A stretch of 64,000 nt of DNA from Rhynchobatus australiae (Eukaryota), in NCBI GenBank assembly GCA_034780895.1, contig JAUZTB010000082.1:11664561-11728560 (forward strand), given 5' to 3'. The position numbers and the translations under genes are program-made. The notes beneath the pieces were generated by a model. The model had not been told where the DNA came from. It did no database searches and saw only the letters and a program-made list of their open reading frames with translations. Each line of letters starts with the position of its first letter. The first letter of the stretch is position 1. Positions 38,601 to 51,682 of this stretch are shown piece after piece.

Positions 38601-41600
38601 ATGTGTCATGTAAATATTGCTTTACAACAACACCAGGGAGTCAATTAATCTTTGCAGTGAAAGGCAACATGTTACTCTCAGCATTGACATCAGGGCCATT
38701 CTGGAATGATTCTTTGCCTCCTTCCTTTCTCTCCTGAAGCAACTGATTCATGCTGGGAGTGGATCTGTGATGCCAACGGCCAGGTATCCTGCCCGAAGTG
38801 GCTGTTGTTCATGTGTGTACCTCGTAACAAGTGCTCAGAGATGAAGAAGAATATGGCACCAATTCCAACTGATGGCATAATAACATCCATTTCCTAAGTG
38901 TCAGTGTGATCAGGGATATGTAATCTAAATGCAAGATGTAATTAAGATTGGAAGATCTTGTGCAGATTTCTTCACCCACAATACCACACCATGTTCACCA
39001 CCACCATCCTCCTGCCTCCACCCAAAATACATTACTGCTTTTGCACCTTATCCAACACATATCGTGACTGTAATAAGGAATTTATTTTTATTTTCCCTGT
39101 TGTACAGAACAGCAGCTCTCAAACTAATAGTGCACCCCCAACCAGTAGTAGCTAACATTTGCTGGAGAATCTCATTGTAGTATTCTTCTCATTTGTGCAG
39201 CTTTGAGCTACACTGGGTTTGAGAGAGTGTGTAGGTACCTTTACCAACAGATTAGTTCAAAATCTTTCACTTAGACTTCCAGAAATTTGAATTATGAATA
39301 TTGTTTTGTGCCTATTGCTGAAATATAGCTTGAAGATTGGCAGAATTGGCAGTTTAGAATTTTCAGATAAAATCAAGCTGGGTTATAAAAAGCGGGATTA
39401 TAAGAATATCACTTAAGGAATTAATTACATCTGTGGAGGGGGATAATATGCTACATGCATCAACAAATGAAGTTCTATGAGATAAATTGAGGAAGAAACA
39501 GAGGCAGTTACATTGCTGGGAACATAATATAAACCTCAAACATTCAGAGGAAGATGGAAGAACTAATACGTAGGCCAGTTTCTGAGAAGTGCAAAAATAA
39601 CAAGGTAATAATAGGGGATTTCAATTACTCTAATCAGATCAGTAGGAGAGTAAATAATTTGGAAGATGCAGAGTTCTTGAAGTGCATTTGAGAGAATTGT
39701 TAGGCACAGCGTAACACTATTACAGCACCAGCGACCCAGGTTCAATTCTGGCTGCTGTCTGTAAGGAGTTCGTATGTTCTCCCTGTGTCNNNNNNNNNNN
39801 NNNNNNNNNNNNNNNNNNNNNNNNNNNNNNNNNNNNNNNNNNNNNNNNNNNNNNNNNNNNNNNNNNNNNNNNNNNNNNNNNNNNNNNNNNNNNNNNNNNN
39901 NNNNNNNNNNNNNNNNNNNNNNNNNNNNNNNNNNNNNNNNNNNNNNNNNNNNNNNNNNNNNNNNNNNNNNNNNNNNNNNNNNNNNNNNNNNNNNNNNNNN
40001 NNNNNNNNNNNNNNNNNNNNNNNNNNNNNNNNNNNNNNNNNNNNNNNNNNNNNNNNNNNNNNNNNNNNNNNNNNNNNNNNNNNNNNNNNNNNNNNNNNNN
40101 NNNNNNNNNNNNNNNNNNNNNNNNNNNNNNNNNNNNNNNNNNNNAGCTAAAATATGATATAACAAAAATAGAAGGGGAGCTATTTTAAGTTAAATTAATG
40201 TCAGAATAGTGGGAGGTGTTCAAAAAGGAAGTTGTTAGGATTCAGTTCAAATAAATTTCCAATAAGAGAAAAATAGATTTTCCCAAATCTTGACACTCCC
40301 CCTTCCTCCACAGCTCCCCACCCAGCATGTGTTGAGGAATGTACATTGCAGGATAAGACATAAAACTGAGGGCCCAACAGTGCAGAAAGTCTGTAGAGGT
40401 GAAATTAAGAAGAAAATGAGAAAGGTCATAAATATATAGAGTGTTAGACAGCACCAGGTAAAGTGGGCACATGAAACAATATCAGCAGGTAAAATCAAGT
40501 ACAAACCCTTTCTATTAATGTGTGAAAGATAAGTGACTATCAAAGAAAACGGGTGGATAAGGTAGATATAAAGCATGTGAGATACAAAGGGCATGAGCCA
40601 GTTATTGGAAAACAGCAATTTCTTATACAATTCCTTATGATTTAGGATGTCTTGCTTTCTATCTGGTTCTATAGTTTCTGAGGCCACTGTGGATACTGCA
40701 TTCTGTTCCATTGATGAGGCAGAAGATGCGTGGTCTGTCCGATGTGTATTTCTGATATAAGGACTCGATTCTCAGTGCCCTCCCACAAGCACCTTCTCTA
40801 CTTTGAGTGATTGTAGGTCAAGGATTCCCAGCAGTTCCTGGGCATATTACATTTCTTTCAAGGATGTTTTCCTATACCAGAATAGTGGTGGTGTCAGGCA
40901 CAGGAATTAAATAGTCTGTCCAACAGAGTGAAGTGTAATTAGGACCTCAGTCCTGGAGATGTTGGCTGGCACTGGTTTGCTTATCTTTCTGGTGGATCTT
41001 GAGGGTTTTGCAAAGTTATTATTGGTATCTTTCCAGTGCTTCAAAGAACCTGCTGTAAGAAGACAAAGTCATAAAATATAAAGGAGAGCAGGGATTACTG
41101 ATGTCTAGTAAACCATGAGCTTTGTGCTAAATTTGATCTTCAAAAAACTGTATTCCTCAGTTGTCCAAGGCTGTGCTAGTGGACTTGAAGGCACTGGTAA
41201 ATTTTGTCATTGATGTTTGCCTTCTCTGAAAGATGGCTCCCAAGATCTGGGAAGTTAGTTGTCCATGTCTCACTATGACGCCTTTAGTGTTGGAGTATGT
41301 GATAAATTGCAGAGAAGGTGGGGGTGGGGGGGGTGAGGTGGGGGAAGGGGTGGAAGGAATGGATAGGATAAAGGGAACATTTCTGATGGGGTGAGGCCAG
41401 AGTTGCTGTGGTGATTATGCAGTGGTGAGGTGATTCAACTATTGATGAAGCCTCACAGCTTATTTTCTAAGAATCATGTTATTGCATTCTTTATGGTAGA
41501 CTCCTGTGCATTGTCCCCACTACTAATGTTGGTAATGTTACTAATGTTAATGTAAGTCACTGTGCAGTTTGCTTTTTGCTCTGTCCCTCCATTTTTAAGC

Positions 41601-44600
41601 AATGGGGTTACATTTGCCACCCCTCAAATCTGCAGCTACGGTTCCATAATCTATAAGCAGGCATTATTGTACTCTGGGATTTATCAACATTTAGTCCCAT
41701 TAATTTCTCCAGAACTTTTTAACTAATACTAATTCCCTTGAGTTCCTCCCTTTTAATCAGACTCTTACTGCCCCACCACTTCTCAAAAGTTATTTGCGTC
41801 GTCTTCCATGAAGGCAGAAGAAAAAATATTTCTTTAGTTGTTCTGCTGTTTCTTTGTTCCCCACTATAAATTCTCCAATGCCTTAATGTAAAGGACCTNN
41901 NNNNNNNNNNNNNNNNNNNNNNNNNNNNNNNNNNNNNNNNNNNNNNNNNNNNNNNNNNNNNNNNNNNNNNNNNNNNNNNNNNNNNNNNNNNNNNNNNNNN
42001 NNNNNNNNNNNNNNNNNNNNNNNNNNNNNNNNNNNNNNNNNNNNNNNNNNNNNNNNNNNNNNNNNNNNNNNNNNNNNNNNNNNNNNNNNNNNNNNNNNNN
42101 NNNNNNNNNNNNNNNNNNNNNNNNNNNNNNNNNNNNNNNNNNNNNNNNNNNNNNNNNNNNNNNNNNNNNNNNNNNNNNNNNNNNNNNNNNNNNNNNNNNN
42201 NNNNNNNNNNNNNNNNNNNNNNNNNNNNNNNNNNNNNNNNNNNNNNNNNNNNNNNNNNNNNNNNNNNNNNNNNNNNNNNNNNNNNNNATGGGTAAGTGTA
42301 GTAATTTCTAGGGTAGGGACGTGTTCGGCACAGCTTTGTGGGCCGAAGGCCCTGAATTGTGCTGTAGTTTTTCTATGTTTCTATGTCTCTAAAGGCCCCC
42401 GCGCAGCAATATTACTAACGAACCTCTTCTCGTGGCGTCTAGTGTAGTACAACCTGTTCTTTAGTTGGCTCTCCTTTCTTGAAGATGGTCATGGCCATAT
42501 TCATGTCTCTGAGGTCTTGTGGCATATTTCCACTTCTTAGATGTGGACAACGAAGTTATGGATTTCTGATTACAGCTCCTCAATACTGAATTTTAGAATT
42601 TCAGTAGGAACTGCAAGGATGTCCATGTCGTCCACATCATACCAAGTATCAATAATTGCTGGACTGATCATCACCTATTCTGCTCTGATTCTTCATGAAC
42701 TCAGCCCAAAAATACAAGCATCCTCGTTATCTGCTGATTTGCAATCCACAGATCTGCATAATCATGAGGTCATCCCCAGGCCTTATCTTGAAATTCTTTT
42801 GAACAGATATATCTGTATACACTGCACTTGGAACTGATCATTCTTTATATAAATACCACAATCAGTTTCCAGACTACTTTTGTCAAGTGGCTTCCTGCTG
42901 TGTGCTGTACTGGTCTTCATTTACACAGCTGCACCTTGTGATTTAAAATTCATCACTACCTGTAAGTTACAATACAGTCAAATGGAAGTAATGTTAGACG
43001 ATATCATATCTGAAAAGATATTTAAGCATTTAATGTATCTGTTAATGCATCTAGAACATTGAAGGTCATTCTTATATTATTTGGGTTGTATTGGATACCA
43101 AGGAGAGAGCCTTTGTGGTATCTGCATTTTTTTGTCATCTATGGGAAGTGCATGCCTTATCCCCTGTGGATAACGACATATTAATGTAGTTATGAGAAGA
43201 GAGTGACTGGGCTTAGGTTATTTTCTTAAGAAGCAAGGAGACTAAAGAGAGATTTAATCATATAAAATTGACAGGGCTTGACCGGATGTTCAGGAAGAAC
43301 ATTTTTTACATGGGAGAGAGCTTGATAATTGCAGATCATATTATGTTAATTGAGAAGGATTAGAGAAGAGCTGGGGGAATTTGTTTCACCCTCGTATGTA
43401 AAAATTGTCTGGAGGAGCTCTAACCTACAAGGCGACGTGTCGAGACCTGGGAAGCAGAAGTTACCTGGGAAGCTCAGCTTTTGGCTAGAAGGGATATACT
43501 GGGCCGTTTTCTGTGTTGTAAATTTCCATGAATCTTTTTTTATGGGCAAACTGTTGAGAGCAAGTGGACTTAAAATATAAAGGACGAAGGCAGAATAAAA
43601 CAAAAATTCCAGTTAATGGCAAGGGTTTACACAGTGTGATCTGGGATATGTAAAAAGGATGCAGTCGTTTTAAAAAGAAAGCAAGATTAGTAGATCCTTT
43701 TACATGAAGCATCTTGATGAATTTTGTTATTGATAGATATTAAATCAAAAATATTCCTCCAGGTACTTCGGTTTCCTCCCACANNNNNNNNNNNNNNNNN
43801 NNNNNNNNNNNNNNNNNNNNNNNNNNNNNNNNNNNNNNNNNNNNNNNNNNNNNNNNNNNNNNNNNNNNNNNNNNNNNNNNNNNNNNNNNNNNNNNNNNNN
43901 NNNNNNNNNNNNNNNNNNNNNNNNNNNNNNNNNNNNNNNNNNNNNNNNNNNNNNNNNNNNNNNNNNNNNNNNNNNNNNNNNNNNNNNNNNNNNNNNNNNN
44001 NNNNNNNNNNNNNNNNNNNNNNNNNNNNNNNNNNNNNNNNNNNNNNNNNNNNNNNNNNNNNNNNNNNNNNNNNNNNNNNNNNNNNNNNNNNNNNNNNNNN
44101 NNNNNNNNNNNNNNNNNNNNNNNNNNNNNNNNNNNNNNNNNNNNNNNNNNNNNNNNNNNNNNNNNNNNNNNNNNNNNNNNNNNNNNNNNNNNNNNNNNNN
44201 NNNNNNNNNNNNNNNNNNNNNNNNNNNNNNNNNNNNNNNNNNNNNNNNNNNNNNNNNNNNNNNNNNNNNNNNNNNNNNNNNNNNNNNNNNNNNNNNNNNN
44301 NNNNNNNNNNNNNNNNNNNNNNNNNNNNNNNNNNNNNNNNNNNNNNNNNNNNNNNNNNNNNNNNNNNNNNNNNNNNNNNNNNNNNNNNNNNNNNNNNNNN
44401 NNNNNNNNNNNNNNNNNNNNNNNNNNNNNNNNNNNNNNNNNNNNNNNNNNNNNNNNNNNNNNNNNNNNNNNNNNNNNNNNNNNNNNNNNNNNNNNNNNNN
44501 NNNNNNNNNNNNNNNNNNNNNNNNNNNNNNNNNNNNNCCCCCCCCCCCCCCCCCCCCCCCAGCTGCCACCTTCTCTTTAGTAGGAAGAATTTGCTTTTAC

Positions 44601-44859
44601 TTTAGATGTACTTGACCTTGGAGAATGCAAAATGGAGTTTCACAAGATTGATTCCTGCAATTAGCCTCTGGATTGCTTTAGAATCTGGATGTCTACAGAA
44701 TGTCACCATTCTTATATGGGATTTGTAGATCCAGACGTGCTGGAAATTGAATCGCTTTGGCTAAGGATGCCAAAAAAGTGACGACAGTAAAATGACCACT
44801 TCCATTTATATACTACCTTTTACGTACTGTCTTGATCATACAAAGCAGGCTGGCAATTT

Positions 44860-45520
44860 GAGTTATTGGTAGATTATATGTACAGAGAATTCAAGGAGAT
44901 ATAGACAGGTTGGGTTAATGGGTGAGACATGGCAGATGGGATATAATTTGAAAAACTTGAGGTCATCTACTTTGGTAGGAAAATGTACAAAAGCAGAGTA
45001 TTAAATGAATTTTAAAAGTGTTGGTTTTCGAAGGGATTTGAGTCTCCTTGTAGGTACAGCAAACAGGAAGGCAAGCAGTATGTTGCCCTTTATTCCAATG
45101 GGATTTGAGTACAAGAGTAAAGACATAATGCATCAATTATATAGGGCTCTGGTGAGGACGTTCCTGGAATATTGTGTACAGGTCAGTCTCTCAAATTGCC
45201 ACCTGAGGAAGAATGTATATGTGATAGAAAAAGATAGAATGCAAATTAATTCCTGGGATAGGTGGTGGTGGGACTCAAAGGGTTGCCATTCAGGACTGAA
45301 ATTAAATTAAATTTCTTCACTCGGCATACATTTAGAATTCTCAACCCAAGAGCATTGTGGAGGCTTAGTCTGAAGGCAGAGAGAGATTTTTGGGTTTGAC
45401 GAGAATCCAGGGATATGGGTTTATTGTTGGAAAGAAGAGAAAAAAATCAGCCATAATTTTCTGAATGGTGGAGCAGGTCCAAGAAGCAGGATGGCCTGCT
45501 ACTTCTATTTCTTATGCTCG
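44860..45520 (+). mobile_element. CR1-type LINE 3' fragment
   Basis: RKASSMLPFIPMGFEYKSKDIMHQLYRALVRTFLEYCVQ. Confidence 0.75.
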
Positions 45521-48500
45521 TTTACGAGTTTCAACTAGAGTTTGGTATGGGTTCCAAACAAAATCTGAGCTTTGTGAAGAGACATTCCAGCAGATGACTG
45601 AAAACCTGGTCAAGGATAGAGGTTTCGAAATAGGAAATGTGGAGGTGTTTGGTGCGGGACCTACAGAACTTAGTCTTGGTTGCTGAAGACATCACAAGAG
45701 GAGGAATGAATAAATTCAGGGATGAGCAGCAGGCTTGATGGATTTTTTAGATGCTGAAATATTGATGGGTAGTGAGGATTGTATGGGAAAGTGGACAAGG
45801 GATACGATTGGTCATGATCTTACTGAATGTGGGGCAGACTCAAGGAGCAGTATGACCAACTGCTGTTTATGTTTCTTGTGTTCTTGTGCTAGGAGCACTG
45901 ATAGCTGGGTGGGATTTTGGGTTGGAGATTACATAGCATGGGAAAATTAAGACCATGGAGGGATTGAAAACAAGAATGAGAATTGTAAAGTTGGCACTGT
46001 TCAACCAGGGGATGATGGATGAATGTGTTAGGGTACAATGAATTAATAATTAATTAGGACTATTCTTACTATTACTCTGGAAGCTGGAATCAACATTTTT
46101 TGGTATCATTTGATTCCAGTTTCAAAAGCAAATGCTGAATTCAAGCAACATATTTTTCTAAAAATCTTCATAAAACATTTATTCATTATACTTCTATTTT
46201 GAAGATAGACCAAGACATTATGCACCGCTGGAAACGGAGTCTATCAAACTAAATTAACCTAGGTTGCTCTGCACTATGTTTACAGATTGTTGTTGCATTG
46301 TGTTAAGCCTTCAATATTAAGGCTTGCAGTGTTTTGACACTTAACGTTTCTTAATTATCTTTACTGGTCAGAAAAGATACGAAGCACACCGTGAGAAGTG
46401 TGGCTCCTGGCACACTCCTCATAGCACTGTGAAAAACAGCCTTTTCCCATTGAGNNNNNNNNNNNNNNNNNNNNNNNNNNNNNNNNNNNNNNNNNNNNNN
46501 NNNNNNNNNNNNNNNNNNNNNNNNNNNNNNNNNNNNNNNNNNNNNNNNNNNNNNGATCTCATTGAGTTAGCAGAAATCATCAGCAGTAGTTTGCAGACTG
46601 GTGCAAACAGACAGGAAGCATCAAGTTCCCTTTATCATCTGATAGTTCTCAGGCTTGCAACACATTCACCACAGATTCACAGGTAACAACCTTGCTGAAA
46701 AGTGTGGCTGAGCTTTTGTAGTGCTTTCACCTTGTCTACCGCTCAGCCGAGATTCAACTTGAGAGAGTTTCCCATAGACACATGCTGTCACTTTTCACTT
46801 ACTCTATTATAGGTAATAAAGAAATCTTTATAATAAAGCACGGAGGCAATTCAGGCCATGATACTTTTGTTAGCTTTCTGAAGAGTTTACAGTTAATTCC
46901 TCTTCTCTGAAAGGTTTCCTCACTTGGAGTATTGTGAATCTCAGGAATTTTCCACTACTGAGAGCTCTGGGTGTTTGGTTGAATTGTACACTCACACGGA
47001 AATTAATTTTAGCAAGTTGGGTAAACAAGAACTGTGGGAAAAGTTCAGAAAAATGGAATTGATACAGAACATGAGGCAAGATCACATAGAATGGTGGAAT
47101 AGCCTCAAGGGCAGCTCTTGCTTTTAATGTCTATAAGTTTCTTTTGAATTGATAACCTTCAGAACTATCTTATAGTTTAGTATTTTAAACTTTACTTAAT
47201 GGTAGCAAATCACCAAACTAAGAGGTAACTCAAAAAAACAAGAGTGGTCTTGCATCATTGGAAATAGCCAGCATTTCCAAATGGAAAGTAATTAATTCAG
47301 CATTAATTAAGCTGTTGCTTTTGTGCGTGTTAGGTGCAGGTAAATGTCATGTAATGCATGATAATAATGTCCTAACATCAGGTATAAACATCAGGATGTT
47401 GTGCTGTCACATTGGAGGGTTAACTAAAATTGCCAAAGCCAGGCTGTGTGATTAATTCACCTCCTACAACTGTATTCCTGTTAGTAGCCAATGTACCTTC
47501 CCCAAGTAAAGGCAAACCTATTGAAAAAGACTTGCAAAGAACAGCTTTAAGTCCTTTGCTTGCAAGTTTGTACAATTGCAGTTCTGATGTTTTATTGAGC
47601 TCTGGGAGAAATAAAGTGACGTTTGTGGTGCTTTGTTTTAAAATTTATATCACACTTTGTATAGAATTTGCTATTACAAATTGAAAATGGAGGCTCGGTG
47701 CTGTGTGTGACAATTGGTTTGAAGGAGGAAAAAAAGCAGAGGGCAATATTATGTTTGTTTTATCTTAGAAGTTTAATCCTGATAATTGGATATGCTTGGA
47801 GCATGAATCTGGGCTGGTCCATAAAATCTGCCCCTTTGACCAAACTTTTGCCATCTGCCTCAATTTTCCTTATTTGGCTCAATGTCAAATTTTGTTTGTT
47901 CTTGCAAAGTACCTTGGGATGTTTTGCCAGGCAAAATGCACTATTTAAATACAAGTTGTTGCTGTGCCCTGCATCAGTCTGTTCTTCAGTAATCGTTGTA
48001 CCACAATGTGTTTGTTCAGTCTGTGGAGCATTGTAAATGCAGATTGGTGTGAATCTCGGCTGCTGAGTTTTATCAGGCTGCTAACTCCAAGCAGGGCTGT
48101 TGAGCAGGGTATTTAATTAAATGCAGCTAGTTTCCATTCTTGATCTTAGCGGCAATCTTCTATCATAAGCAAATGACATGTAGTCTTGTATTTTAAAAGC
48201 TTCCACAACATTGTTAATGCACTGCTTTATGAAGAAGAAAAAGAAAATATGTTTTCATTATGCACCTTTCAGTATAGAAAGATAAGCCAGGAAGCCAAAA
48301 ACATGGTTCATGAGCTGGTCTCCATTGGTGAGATTACCTGAGTAGCAAATAGCTTGAACTCCTTTGGGCTAGGGATGGTAAAAGTCATCCAGGGTTCTTG
48401 GTCCCACTTGCCCTGGCTACAAAGTGTGTAATCTAGCATCCTGCACAGACGAAAATCTTTTAATGCTTGTTGGAGGTGAAGATATTGGCAGGGTGTACTG

Positions 48501-49349
48501 TACTAGCAGAATTAGGGCATTTAAAGAACACTTAGAATCTGCTGAAAGTAATGATTTTGTTGATTTGAAAACTAAAAGTTCTCATAGGTTCACCTGCAGC
48601 TTGTATTTCACATGTGCCTGGGGTGACAATGCTAACACCTAATTCACAGTGTTACATTATCCTCAGCACATGCCAGAAACACACCATTAGGTGCGTCTGT
48701 GAACCTTGGTGCTACCTAAGAGTTGGAAGTGCTGCTATTGGGCAGCCCTTTGATATACAGACACTTTGAAATGCTGACCAGCCATCAAAGGGAGTGCTTT
48801 GATTCCCACTGGCCATAATTACAAGGAGTTCCCATCACTGAGAGAATTTCCCAAGAGCTTGTTCTTTTGTAAAACGATATATTGATTTTCGGTGTTTACC
48901 CTGGGAACATAGTGTTGTTTAACATTATTCAAATAATAGACCTGCAAAGTTGCAGTGTCAGCAAAGGCGTGTTAATGCCCACTATATCAATGGACCATTC
49001 TCAATTATTTGAACATCCTTTTCCTATATTTCTCTCTGTCCCACATCCCCTTACCTACTCCACTAGTTTCCTGAGAATACTGGGATATGGGTCCAAATTC
49101 TTGGTCTCCTATGGATCTGTGGAAACAAATCCAGAGGTTCTGCCAACCATTTAAAAAAAGCTTTTTATTTTAAAAGTAGATTTTATTCATAATAAAAAAC
49201 ACATACGAAAGCGGAAACAGCACAGAAAACTTTTACATTTATGTTTGTTACATTTGGTAGTATAAACTTTTAAAGAGAAAACACAAACAAACATAGGACC
49301 ATTGCCACTCACATGGCTCCCTGAGGTAATACCCCCTTCATTGGTCGAG

Positions 49350-50060
49350 GAGGTAAGATGGGCAGAGAAATTGATAGAAATTGATCCTGAAAAATGTGAG
49401 GTGATGTATTTTAGAAGGTCTAATAAGGCTAGTATGAAACAATAAATAATATGACCCTAGGAAGTATTTTTTTGTACCTGTCCAACAATCTCTGAAGACA
49501 GCTGCATGGGTAGATAAGATGATTAAGGAGGCTTTTAGGATATGTGCCTTTTTAGTCAGGACATAGAATATAAGAGCAGAGAGGTTGTGGTAAAAGTATA
49601 TAAAACAATAGTTAGGTAATTGTGGTTGCCACAGTACAGGAAGAATGTGATTGTACTGGAGGAGAAACCAGGTAGGCTGAATTTGTTTTCTTTGCAGCAG
49701 GAAACACTAGAGTGGGGACCTGACTGAGGTATATAAAATTATGAGGGGCATAAATAGAGTAAATTATGAGGAACCTTTCCCCTTAGGGGTGGCTATAACC
49801 AGAGGTCATAGGTTTTAAGGTTATAGGGGCAGGAGATTTAGAGGATGTTCAATGAAAAATATTTCACCAATAGGATGGTTGAAATCTGGAAAGCACTGAT
49901 TGAGTGGGTGGTGCAGGCACTTTCACAATATTTAAGAAGTATTTAGATAATAAGTACTTGAAATACTATGGCATGGAAGGCTATGGGCCAAATGGTGTAC
50001 ATTAACATCGGTAAAGATAAGTGCTTGATGGCTGGCATAGACACGATGGATGGAAGGACC
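49350..50060 (+). mobile_element. CR1-type LINE 3' fragment
   Basis: Nucleotide motifs aaaatgtgaggtgatgtatttt, gaggtatataaaattatgaggggcata and accagaggtcataggtttt are shared with the other CR1 copies here. Confidence 0.7.
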
Positions 50061-51349
50061 TNNNNNNNNNNNNNNNNNNNNNNNNNNNNNNNNNNNNNNN
50101 NNNNNNNNNNNNNNNNNNNNNNNNNNNNNNNNNNNNNNNNNNNNNNNNNNNNNNNNNNNNNNNNNNNNNNNNNNNNNNNNNNNNNNNNNNNNNNNNNNNN
50201 NNNNNNNNNNNNNNNNNNNNNNNNNNNNNNNNNNNNNNNNNNNNNNNNNNNNNNNNNNATAAAGTGTTACAGTTACAGAGAAAGTGTAGTGCAGGCAGTC
50301 AATAAGATGCAGTGCCATAATGAGGTAGACTGTGAGGTCAAGAGTCCATCTTATCGTACTTGGTGACGGTTCAATAGTCATAACAGTGGGATAGAAGCTG
50401 TCCTTGAACCTGATGATCCTGAACTGTAAATACTGTCAAGGTATTCAGCTGTGAATGTGATGGACTTATTTAAAGGACATTCCTGCAAGTCGCAGTGGAA
50501 AGCTATCGAGTGATTTGCTGTTTTTTTTTGTCCATCCCCAGTTCTGAGGTCAGTTTTACTATTCCAGTTGCAATGATGATATATATTGGTCATTACCACT
50601 TTGAACAGTGGATTTGCTGACTAATCAGTTGTCAAGTCACAAATCACCCCTCTCTCAAATGCAGGAGGAGAGTTCTAACTGGAAGATAATAAGATTTTTG
50701 CAGTTATTTACAACACTGTCTTACTGAAAAATTTGCTTTATTTAAATTCAAAATGTATTCATTATCATGTCCTTGGACTGATAAAAGTCCAGCACAGTTA
50801 ATTCAATAAAAAAAAATTGTGGAGCAAGGAGGAAGAAAACAATCTCACTGGAGAAATCATTTCTATCTCATGGTTCCCAAACCTTTGATGCTAGGAAAAT
50901 ATTACAGCACAACTTATTTCTCTTTCTGCTTCCAGAGTCATTAGCTCTTTGCTGGGCTTCCATTCCACAGATGCTGGATGACCTCTGGTGTCTTGCCCAA
51001 CTGCACAAAATGGTTTCATCCATGAAATTATAGTTTCTGTTTTTAAGCTCCTTTGCTGTCATATTGAAGTTAATTTTGATTTTATGAAAATTCCTTGTTT
51101 ATATTTTAGGTTTGTTAAATTCAATTAGAAGTTGCCGACTTAGCAAATCCTCAACATTGCAGGCATTCAGTTATTCATAGCCTGCAATAGTAGCTCTCAT
51201 TTCTGTGAATTCTCACTCCAAATTTTGCATTAAATTGTTGTAGTATTTGTCGTACAGTACTCACAGTTTCCTTTTCTCAATTTTAATTTGTTTTTGTTGA
51301 GTTTTTAGTTAATTGATAACAATGTAGTTTTGCATGTGTCTTTGTGATT

Positions 51350-51682
51350 AGTACATAGATTGAGTGGACAGTCAGAGACAATTTCCCAGGGCGTAAATGG
51401 CTAATACGAGGGGGCATAATTTGAAGGTGATTGGAGGAAGATATAAGGTGGATGTCAGGGATAAGTTTTTTTACACAGAGAATGGTGGGTGCGTGGAACA
51501 CACTGCTGGCTGAGGTTGTGGGGGCAGATACATTAGGGACATTTAAGAGACTCTTAGATAGACACATGAATGATAAAGGAATGGAGGGCTATGTAGGAGG
51601 GAAGGGTTAGATAGATATGAGAGCAGGATAAAATGTCGGCACATCATGGGCCAAGGGGCCTGTACTGTGCTGTAATGTTCTA
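51350..51682 (+). mobile_element. Relatively young CR1/HER1-like LINE 3' end
   Basis: Clean 3' ORF and UTR ending ggcctgtactgtgctgtaatgttcta; a closely similar tail at about 60185-60283. Confidence 0.75.

Noticed and set aside
39700-39790. tRNA-like A/B box sequence (ggttcaattc), also near 52100 and 59455
   Set aside because: These are heads of tRNA-derived SINEs, not tRNA genes; no cloverleaf could be built.
43724-44605. Long ORFs in the track here and at 39.5-40.2, 54.0-54.9, 56.4-57.0 and 62.5-63.0 kb
   Set aside because: They consist almost entirely of translated N runs.
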